A stretch of 64,000 bases of DNA. Origin: Cytophagales bacterium. GTDB taxonomy: Bacteria; Bacteroidota; Bacteroidia; Cytophagales; MED-G16. Location of the stretch: assembly GCA_029940715.1 (NCBI GenBank), contig JAPYTU010000001.1, positions 1,940 to 65,939 on the forward strand, in the 5' to 3' direction. Under the pieces are notes generated by a model that was given only the letters and a program-made list of their open reading frames with translations, ran no database searches and was not told where the DNA came from. Shown here piece by piece: positions 1-7,351 of the stretch; the stretch's first letter is position 1, and each line of letters starts with the position of its first letter. Position numbers and translations under genes: made by a program.

Positions 1-970
1 ACTGCCTATAGTTTATCTCTTTTTTATCTAGCAAAGGAAAAAGAATCCATTTACTCATAAGTCTAGAACCCATTGGTGTAAATGTTTTATCGATAACATC
101 TTTTAATGTTATTGAATCTGAATGAAGAGGTACTATTAATTCTAAATTTCTGATAGTAAATTTATCTAGCCACATAAACTTATCATTTTCTATTCTAGAT
201 AGCGAAGTGATATGTCTTAAATTATTATGTTCTGTTAGTTCTAAATAATACAACGTTGATCCGGCTGAAATCAATCCTTCTGTTTCTTTTTCAACTCCAA
301 AACCTTTTAAATTTTTTACATTAAAAAAAGAAAGTAATTTATCATAAGAATAACCGATTTTATATACCCAATCATCTATAAAGAAAAAATTATTATCACT
401 AAATTTTTCAAGAAAAAATTCTTTATCATTTTTTGAACATATAATTTCTGCAGGATAATAAGTATTAATTAATTTTTCTAGTTGATTATAGTCACAATTT
501 GTTAAACTAAATTCCCCAGTAGAAATATCGAAAAAAGAAATCCCAAAAAGATCTTTATTTTTTGATATCGATGCTAGATAATTATTTTTTTTTGAATCAA
601 GAACGTTATCATTAACTGAAACCCCTGGAGTAACTAATTCTGTAACTCCTCTCTTTACAATGCTTTTTGTTTTCTTGGGATCTTCTAGTTGATCACAAAC
701 AGCAACCCTGCATCCTGCCTTAACCAATTGAGGAAGATATTTCTCTAAAGAATGATGAGGGAATCCTGCAAGTTCAACTCCTGAAGCTGCTCCATTGGAT
801 CTTTTAGTTAAAACAATACCTAAAATTTTACTTGCCAATATTGCGTCTGATGCAAAAGTCTCATAAAAATCTCCTACTCTAAACAATAATAAGGCATCTG
901 GATGCTTTGACTTGATGTCATTATATTGTCTCATTAAAGGTGTTACTTGTTCTTTGATGGGATCTAACAT
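1..970 (-). CDS. mutS: DNA mismatch repair protein MutS, N-terminal ~323 codons (gene continues past the left edge)
   Basis: Absent from the supplied ORF track. The reverse complement from the ATG at 970 reads MLDPIKEQVTPLMRQYNDIKSKHPDALLLFRVGDFYETFASDAILASKILGIVLTKR...GFPHHSLEKYLPQLVKAGCRVAVCDQLEDPK, the canonical MutS mismatch-binding domain. The frame stays open to position 1. Confidence 0.9.
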   Translation of the reverse strand, partial: MLDPIKEQVTPLMRQYNDIKSKHPDALLLFRVGDFYETFASDAILASKILGIVLTKRSNGAASGVELAGFPHHSLEKYLPQLVKAGCRVAVCDQLEDPKKTKSIVKRGVTELVTPGVSVNDNVLDSKKNNYLASISKNKDLFGISFFDISTGEFSLTNCDYNQLEKLINTYYPAEIICSKNDKEFFLEKFSDNNFFFIDDWVYKIGYSYDKLLSFFNVKNLKGFGVEKETEGLISAGSTLYYLELTEHNNLRHITSLSRIENDKFMWLDKFTIRNLELIVPLHSDSITLKDVIDKTFTPMGSRLMSKWILFPLLDKKEINYRQ

Positions 971-1018
971 TAAAAAAATTTAAGTAATTTTAAATTATAA
1001 ATTTATAGAGTTTTAAAT

Positions 1019-2740
1019 ATGCTAAATGTAAACGATAAAAAAAAGTCATCTATAAAAAGAGATAAGGTTTTAAAGTATGCAAATCAAAAATTACCCGAAT
1101 TTCCAAAAAATATTGCTGGATTAGAAGAATACTCTGATAATTGGAATTTTGAAAGTGCAGCACATCTTTTAAGAAGAACATGTTTTGGTCCCAAACTTTC
1201 AGAAATAAATCAAGCGATAACCCTAGGTCTTAATGAAAGCATAGATAAATTATTAAATGAAGAAGAGTTCACTCCTGACCCTCCACTAAATGATAGAGAT
1301 GATGATGAAAATGCTCCTCCAATTGGTGAAACGTGGGTAAATATTCTTGAAAATAAAAACAATGATTTTATCCAAAAAAAATCCTATGAAGCATGGAGAA
1401 TAAGTTTAATTCTTAACCAACCCCATCAAAGTCCAAATAATGTCCCTTTTTCTATAAGAGAAAAGATGGTATTATTTTGGCAAAATCATTTTGCTACAGA
1501 AGCAATAGTTGTTGGAGACTCTAGATATACATACTGGATGAACTACAGATTAAGAAAACACTTTATAGGAAATTTTAAAAATCTAGTTAAAGAAATAAAT
1601 GTTGACGCCGCTATGCTTGTCTATCTTGGTGGTATTTACAATGTAAAAGAAGCGCCTAACGAAAACTATGCAAGAGAATTATTTGAGCTTTTTACAATTG
1701 GTAAAGGACCTGTAGATGGAGAAGATAGCTACACATATTACACAGAAGAAGATATTATTCAGGCAGCAAAAGTCTTAACTGGCTGGTATGTAGAAGATGT
1801 TTTTTCTGGATCAGAAAGACAGAGGTTTGAAGAAGAAAACCACGATAAAACAACGAAAATTTTTTCTGAAAAATTTAATAATAAATCTATTCAAAATAAT
1901 TATGAAGATGAACACAAAGACCTAGTGGATATGATTTTTGAAAATGAAAGAACTTCTGAGTATATCTGTGAAAAAATTTATCGATGGTTTGTCTATTATG
2001 TAATAGATGAAGATGTGACATCTAAAATCATAAAGCCTTTAGCCAAAGTACTAAGAGATAATAATTATGAAATAAAGCCTGTATTATCAAAATTATTTAG
2101 AAGTCAACATTTTTTTGAGATACATACAAGAGGTGCAATGATAAAATCACCATCTGATTTTAATTTAAGTGTCTTAAGACAAATTCCTTTTTCTGATACA
2201 TCGAGTTTTGATTTTAGGGATCTTTACAGATTCTGGAGAAACAGAGGATATGATATTTCAAATCAAGGACAAGATCTATTAGATAGTCCAAATGTTGCAG
2301 GATGGCCAGCATATTATCAAGACCCTCTTTATAATGAATTATGGATAAATGCCGTGACACTTCCCATGAGAACAAGGGATATAAGTATATATTTTAGAGA
2401 CAGTGGCATAAATGCAACTAGTGGTGAGCCAGGAGCTCCAGAAGATGTAAGAATTTATGCGGAACCAATTAAACTTCTTGATGAAATAGAAAAGCCAGAT
2501 GATATCGATTTTATGATTGAACTTTTTTGCAAATGGTTGTTTCCTGTTTACTCAGAAATTTCTGATGAACAAAAAGAAGAATTTAAAAATATTGTGATTG
2601 GTAATAATCCCAATATGTGGTATGACGAATACCATGCATACATAAACAATCCAACTGATGAGGCAAAAACTGCAATCAACAAAAAACTTAAAACCTTATT
2701 TAAAGAAATGTGTTTAATGCCAGAATATCATCTAAGTTAA
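1019..2740 (+). CDS. DUF1800 family protein (function unknown)
   Basis: 573-aa ORF with the HLLRRTCFGP motif near the N-terminus and a layout I associate with DUF1800. No N-terminal hydrophobic signal segment is visible. Its stop lies 1 nt before the next gene. Confidence 0.7.
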   Translation: MLNVNDKKKSSIKRDKVLKYANQKLPEFPKNIAGLEEYSDNWNFESAAHLLRRTCFGPKLSEINQAITLGLNESIDKLLNEEEFTPDPPLNDRDDDENAPPIGETWVNILENKNNDFIQKKSYEAWRISLILNQPHQSPNNVPFSIREKMVLFWQNHFATEAIVVGDSRYTYWMNYRLRKHFIGNFKNLVKEINVDAAMLVYLGGIYNVKEAPNENYARELFELFTIGKGPVDGEDSYTYYTEEDIIQAAKVLTGWYVEDVFSGSERQRFEEENHDKTTKIFSEKFNNKSIQNNYEDEHKDLVDMIFENERTSEYICEKIYRWFVYYVIDEDVTSKIIKPLAKVLRDNNYEIKPVLSKLFRSQHFFEIHTRGAMIKSPSDFNLSVLRQIPFSDTSSFDFRDLYRFWRNRGYDISNQGQDLLDSPNVAGWPAYYQDPLYNELWINAVTLPMRTRDISIYFRDSGINATSGEPGAPEDVRIYAEPIKLLDEIEKPDDIDFMIELFCKWLFPVYSEISDEQKEEFKNIVIGNNPNMWYDEYHAYINNPTDEAKTAINKKLKTLFKEMCLMPEYHLS

Positions 2741-2741
2741 T

Positions 2742-4325
2742 ATGAAAAGAAGAGACTTTTTAAAATCATCAGTTCCTCTTGCCTCTATTCCATTATATGT
2801 TGGAGGAATGCCAGTAAGTGTTCTTGCAGAAACCTCAAATATGAGAGCACTTACTAATGCTGGTTGTCCTACCGATAGAGTTTTGGTATTAGTTTTTTTA
2901 GATGGAGGAAATGACGGTATCAATACACTAATACCTATTGATCAATATGATATTTTAATGAGAGATGGTAGTGGTGGTGACTCAGAACCAGAAAGAAGAC
3001 CTGATCTCATGGTACCCGAAAATTCGATTCATAAAATAAGTGATAATGATGGGTTCCATCCAGGAATGGAAGAATTTAAAAATTTATATACTGAAAAAAA
3101 GTTAGGAATTATTAGAAACGCAGGATATCCAAATCCTAATAAATCTCATTTTCGTTCAACTGATATATGGAACACAGGATCTTCTTCCGAAGAATATATT
3201 TCAAGTGGTTGGTTAGGAAGACATTTAAGCAAAGATCACTCAAATTATCCTGAAAATTACCCTAATGAAAATTTTCCAGATCCTTTAGCTTTAACCATTG
3301 GAAGAACAACTTCTCATACATGTCAAGGTCCCATAATGAACATGGGTATAGCAGTCAACAATCTAAATTCATTTATTGATGTAAAGGAAGGAGATGGAGA
3401 AACCCCAGACACTCCTTATGGACATGAACTTGCTTACATTAGAAAAGCTTCTAAATTGACTAATGATTATTTGGATAGTATTGAAAAAGCTGCAAATAAA
3501 GGAAGAAATTCTAATAAATCCTATCCTGAGGATACAGCTTCTGGCCTTGCCAATCAACTTGAAACAGTAGCTAAATTGATTGATGGTGGGCTCCAAACTA
3601 GAATATATGTTGTAAGAATTGGTGGTTTTGATACACATGATAATCAGGTTGAAAATAGTCCAGAAAATGGTCGACATGCTTATTTATTGGACTCACTTTC
3701 CAAATCAATAGCTGCTTTTCAATCAGATATTATTGAAAAAGGCCTAGAAGAAAGGGTATTAACAATGACGTATTCTGAATTTGGAAGAAGAGTTTTTCAA
3801 AATCGTTCATCTGGAACAGATCATGGAGAAGCAGCTCCAATGTTTTTTATAAGCCCTTTCGTAAATCCTGAACCTATTGGAAAAATGCCAACTTTAGCAG
3901 TTGTAGATAATATTGAATGGGAGTATGATTTTAGATCGGCTTATGGTTCTATATTAATGGACTGGTTCTGTGTGGAAGAATCAACTATAAAATCAATTCT
4001 TTATGAAAATTTTCAATACATTCCAATTTTATTGGGAACCGTTACAAGTAATGGAGAAATCATAAAACAAGCTGATAATATAAAATCTTTCCCTAATCCA
4101 TTTAAAGATTGGGTTACTTTAGAAATAAAAATTGATACTGGGCCAGTAAGATTATACTTGATTGATAGCAATGGAAGATTAATTAAAGAGATTATAAACA
4201 AAAACTTAACTTCTGGAATACATAGAATAAGGTATAATGCAGGTAAATTAAAAAATGGACTTTATTTTATAAAACTTCAAAATAATAAGTCAAAATTTAG
4301 TAGGTCAATAATCAAATACAACTAA
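2742..4325 (+). CDS. DUF1501 family protein (sulfatase/phosphatase-like fold) with Tat signal and T9SS C-terminal sorting domain
   Basis: N-terminus MKRRDFLKSSVPLASIPLYVGG. Motifs FLDGGNDGINT, GGFDTHDNQ and SEFGRR...GTDHG are typical of DUF1501. The last ~80 aa look like a Por secretion tail. Confidence 0.75.
   Translation: MKRRDFLKSSVPLASIPLYVGGMPVSVLAETSNMRALTNAGCPTDRVLVLVFLDGGNDGINTLIPIDQYDILMRDGSGGDSEPERRPDLMVPENSIHKISDNDGFHPGMEEFKNLYTEKKLGIIRNAGYPNPNKSHFRSTDIWNTGSSSEEYISSGWLGRHLSKDHSNYPENYPNENFPDPLALTIGRTTSHTCQGPIMNMGIAVNNLNSFIDVKEGDGETPDTPYGHELAYIRKASKLTNDYLDSIEKAANKGRNSNKSYPEDTASGLANQLETVAKLIDGGLQTRIYVVRIGGFDTHDNQVENSPENGRHAYLLDSLSKSIAAFQSDIIEKGLEERVLTMTYSEFGRRVFQNRSSGTDHGEAAPMFFISPFVNPEPIGKMPTLAVVDNIEWEYDFRSAYGSILMDWFCVEESTIKSILYENFQYIPILLGTVTSNGEIIKQADNIKSFPNPFKDWVTLEIKIDTGPVRLYLIDSNGRLIKEIINKNLTSGIHRIRYNAGKLKNGLYFIKLQNNKSKFSRSIIKYN
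2748..2765 (+). other. Twin-arginine (Tat) signal motif RRDFLK within the DUF1501 protein
   Basis: Codons 3-8 encode R-R-D-F-L-K and are followed by a hydrophobic stretch (SSVPLASIPLYVGGMPVSVLA). Confidence 0.6.
4083..4322 (+). other. T9SS type-A C-terminal sorting domain (Por secretion tail) of the DUF1501 protein
   Basis: KSFPNPFKDWVTLEIKIDTGPVRLYLIDSNGRLIKEIINKNLTSGIHRIRYNAGKLKNGLYFIKLQNNKSKFSRSIIKYN shows the PNP-x-x-D...G-x-Y-x-hydrophobic pattern of T9SS CTDs. Confidence 0.7.
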
Positions 4326-4340
4326 ATCTCTATTAATAGG

Positions 4341-4874
4341 ATGAAAAAAATTAAAAATGAAGACCTCAATCGGTTATCTATAAAAGAATATAAAAATTCA
4401 AAAAAAATGCCTGTATGCATAATATTAGATAATGTAAGAAGTCTGAATAATATTGGATCATGTTTTAGAACTGCAGATGCTTTTTTAATAAAAAAAATGT
4501 ATTTGACGGGATTTACTGCAAAACCTCCTAGTCGCGATATTGAAAGAACTGCGTTAGGCGCTACAAATTCTGTTGAATGGGAACATATTAAGGAAATAAA
4601 AAAGTTAATCATTCATCTAAAAAAAGAAGGGTGGAAAATAATATTAGTGGAACAAACAGACAAAAGCATTAATTTAAAAGATTTTAAACCGCTTCTTCCT
4701 GAAAAATATGTTTTTATTTTTGGCAATGAAGTTTTTGGAATATCTGAAGATGCTTTAAAAGAAGCAGATACGGCTTTAGAAATTCCTCAATTTGGAACCA
4801 AACATTCTTTTAACATTAGCGTATCAATGGGAATAATTTTATGGGATCATTACGTTAAAACAACTATCAAATAG
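4341..4874 (+). CDS. SpoU/TrmH family RNA 2'-O-methyltransferase
   Basis: 177 aa. FIFGNEVFGISEDALKEADTALEIPQFGTKHSFNISVSMGIILWD matches the SPOUT knot motifs (GNE..G, IP..G...S.N). Confidence 0.7.
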   Translation: MKKIKNEDLNRLSIKEYKNSKKMPVCIILDNVRSLNNIGSCFRTADAFLIKKMYLTGFTAKPPSRDIERTALGATNSVEWEHIKEIKKLIIHLKKEGWKIILVEQTDKSINLKDFKPLLPEKYVFIFGNEVFGISEDALKEADTALEIPQFGTKHSFNISVSMGIILWDHYVKTTIK

Positions 4875-5760
4875 ACTCACACAGTAATGGTAATTTTTTC
4901 TCAAATAAATTTTTAATCTCAATTAAAAAACTTTTATCACAAGCAACCGTTCTACCATCAATTTCTGTAACAGGAGTAATTTCACCATTTGTTCCAGTAG
5001 CAAAAACAAGATCAGCATTAATAAACTCAGCTAACGACATATCTCTTTCTGAAATAGAAATATTATTTTCTTTAAAAAGCAAAATAAAAGTTTCTCTTGT
5101 TATACCAGGTAAACAAGCATGAGCAAAAGGGGTAAAAAAATTTTTATTTTTTACCATAAATAAATTTGTGTCATTTAATTCAGCTACAAAACCCCTGTCA
5201 TCTAACATAACAGCCGCATCATAGCCTGAAATATTAGCTTGAATTTTAGCAACAACAAGACTCATCATATTATTATGGTGAATTTTAGAATCTAAATACT
5301 GTGGAATGCTTCTTCTTATTGATGAACTAATAGCTCTTATTCCAGAAGAAAAATCATATACTTTTTTCTTCCATTCAGCCAATACAATCAAAGAACACCC
5401 ACTTTGATTTAACCTAGAGTCCATTCCTGATGTAATTTTTTCTCCTCGTGTTAGTGTCAATCTTATATGAGTGTCATCGCTCATTCCATTAGCTTCTAAT
5501 GTTTTTTTTATGGCATCTTGTATAAATTCTTTTGAAGGAATTTTTTCATATGCTAATGCATGAGCACCTTCTATTAATCTAGATAAGTGCTTATCTAAAC
5601 ACACAATTCCTTGAGGATATACTCTTAATCCCTCCCATACACCATCGCCATTTTGAACTATGCTATCAAAAACAGACACTGCTGCTTTATCACGATGTAA
5701 TAATTCTCCATTTACATATACTAATATATCTTTATTTTTAGGGTTAAATTTCTGTAACAT
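4867..5760 (-). CDS. Class IV (fold-type IV) PLP aminotransferase, BCAT / D-amino-acid aminotransferase / ADC-lyase-like
   Basis: 297 aa. AAVSVFDSIVQNGDGVWEGLRVY and NLFMVKNKNFFTP....LPGITR are typical class IV patterns. Confidence 0.75.
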   Translation of the reverse strand: MLQKFNPKNKDILVYVNGELLHRDKAAVSVFDSIVQNGDGVWEGLRVYPQGIVCLDKHLSRLIEGAHALAYEKIPSKEFIQDAIKKTLEANGMSDDTHIRLTLTRGEKITSGMDSRLNQSGCSLIVLAEWKKKVYDFSSGIRAISSSIRRSIPQYLDSKIHHNNMMSLVVAKIQANISGYDAAVMLDDRGFVAELNDTNLFMVKNKNFFTPFAHACLPGITRETFILLFKENNISISERDMSLAEFINADLVFATGTNGEITPVTEIDGRTVACDKSFLIEIKNLFEKKLPLLCESI

Positions 5761-5761
5761 T

Positions 5762-6478
5762 TTATATTTGAATTGATTTTTCTGTTAATTTATTATAATA
5801 TTTTAAAGCTTCAAAATAAAGTCCTTTACAATGAACTGAAAGTTCTCTACTACTTGTCGTTTGTTTTTTAAATCCTGTTGACTGATGAACGTTTTTATAC
5901 CAATAGTCTGCCCATACACCATCTTCTTGAATACCTCCTTCAGACCAACTAAGCATATCATCATAAAAATGTACTTTTAATTTATCACATAACTTTTTTA
6001 GCAATAATTCTGGGTTTTTCAATATTTCTGCAGAATCTAAAACAAGTGGAGAAGAATCATTTGTTTTTTTAATCAAATTATATAACTCCCATGATTTTTT
6101 TAAACCTATATCATTCATAGTTGGATTTTTAATTACTTGAGCAAAAGAAGCTATAAGTTGTTTTGGATTTCTTATTAAGAATAAATTTATCATTTTATCT
6201 AAAAAATAAAAATCCATTTGTTGATGATGATGAGCCATATTTTTTAAAAACAAAATCTCACAATCGGTATTTGAAAAAATATTTTCTAATATTTCATTAA
6301 TATTTGCAGACATCGTTTCCAATGTTTCTTTTCTTCCTGGATGTAATATTCCTGTTGATAACAGATAATGTGCATAAAAAGGCTCATCAATAACTTTTGT
6401 GTCTGGTCTTTGTGCAAAAGAATACATAAGTGCTGTCGATAAATTTCTTGGTCCTGAAATTAAATTTATAATCTTCAT
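5762..6478 (-). CDS. Uncharacterised sulfotransferase-fold / P-loop-like protein
   Basis: 238 aa. The N-terminal IINLISGPRNLSTALMY resembles the PSB-loop (PRSGST-type) of sulfotransferases. The gene sits 1 nt upstream of the class IV aminotransferase. The CDS is solid; the function is uncertain. Confidence 0.45.
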   Translation of the reverse strand: MKIINLISGPRNLSTALMYSFAQRPDTKVIDEPFYAHYLLSTGILHPGRKETLETMSANINEILENIFSNTDCEILFLKNMAHHHQQMDFYFLDKMINLFLIRNPKQLIASFAQVIKNPTMNDIGLKKSWELYNLIKKTNDSSPLVLDSAEILKNPELLLKKLCDKLKVHFYDDMLSWSEGGIQEDGVWADYWYKNVHQSTGFKKQTTSSRELSVHCKGLYFEALKYYNKLTEKSIQI

Positions 6479-6610
6479 AGCATTAATAATAAAAACAAAT
6501 TCAACATTTAATAAGACGATTTAGGACAACATAAATTTACAAATAACAATAGAAAATATATTAGGATATCAAGATATTATTAACTTATTAAATAATCCAG
6601 GAAGAAAATA

Positions 6611-6635
6611 TTCTTTAAATTTGTTCTTTAAATTT
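6611..6635 (+). promoter_or_regulatory. Perfect 12-bp direct repeat (TTCTTTAAATTT, period 13); the first copy contains a TAAATTTG (-7 TAnnTTTG) box
   Basis: TTCTTTAAATTT occurs at 6611-6622 and again at 6624-6635. TAAATTTG at 6616-6623 matches the Bacteroidota -7 consensus, 21 nt upstream of the ATG at 6645. Confidence 0.35.
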
Positions 6636-6644
6636 TAATGTCTT

Positions 6645-7241
6645 ATGAAACTAAAACTCGTATTATTTGTGTGTATATTTTTTATATTATCATGTGATGA
6701 TGATAATGATTTAATGTCTATTGAAGCAATGATTGTAACTAATCTATACGCTCCAGAATTCATCGGTAACGGACCCAATCAACAATCAGCAAATTTTATC
6801 AAATTTAGTTTTAAAGATCAAACAACCACTGAGGGAGACAACTGGGATATAGCATTTAGAGGAACTGAAATACTAGTTAATGGTGGCTTTCCTGGATCCA
6901 ATTATGAACCAGCAAGAACGGGCTTAGCTGCTGGTTATATTACCATAGGTAATTATGGTGGTATTAAATCTGTAAATGAAAATTTACTTAATCAAGACTC
7001 AGAAACACAAAAAGCTATTCCAAGCACTAACGGAGGATGGTATGAAATTAATAATAATGCAATCCTTCCATATTCAGACAAAACTTTAGTTTTTAAAACA
7101 CATAATAGCAGATATGCTAAAGTAAAAATTGTAAGTTTTTACAAAGATGCTCCCGAAAACATAAATCCATTTTCAAGTAAACCAGAGTATTACACTTTCT
7201 CTTATACTTATCAACCCAATGAAAATGTAATTACGTTTTAA
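6645..7241 (+). CDS. HmuY-like lipoprotein
   Basis: 198 aa. Lipoprotein signal FFILSC followed by DDD. The WDIAFRGTEILVNGG motif and the position immediately upstream of a TonB-dependent receptor fit the HmuY family. Confidence 0.5.
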   Translation: MKLKLVLFVCIFFILSCDDDNDLMSIEAMIVTNLYAPEFIGNGPNQQSANFIKFSFKDQTTTEGDNWDIAFRGTEILVNGGFPGSNYEPARTGLAAGYITIGNYGGIKSVNENLLNQDSETQKAIPSTNGGWYEINNNAILPYSDKTLVFKTHNSRYAKVKIVSFYKDAPENINPFSSKPEYYTFSYTYQPNENVITF

Positions 7242-7351
7242 ATCAAAATCTAGAAATTAATTAATTGGGATCTAAAAAAGATCTTTATTATTTGGAATTA
7301 TTCTAAATATAGAATACAATTGTACCCTTATTTAAAATAAATCTAAATAAG

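Noticed and set aside
2732-4612. Several 60-100-codon minus-strand ORFs in the track (2732-2923, 3369-3677, 4013-4201, 4322-4612). Similar short ORFs inside other genes occur throughout, for example 7558-7749, 10082-10291, 13079-13372, 18834-19157, 48397-48850 and 50986-51433.
   Set aside because: All lie entirely within, or opposite to, well-supported longer genes. Their products are low-complexity (I/F/L/S/K-rich) with no recognisable motifs.
7269-7283. Hairpin GATCT-AAAAA-AGATC followed by TTTATTATTT, between the hmuY-like gene and the TonB receptor gene; a possible intrinsic terminator or attenuator
   Set aside because: The stem is only 5 bp and AT-poor in stability terms, within a very AT-rich spacer. 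This is too weak to call without folding energies or conservation.
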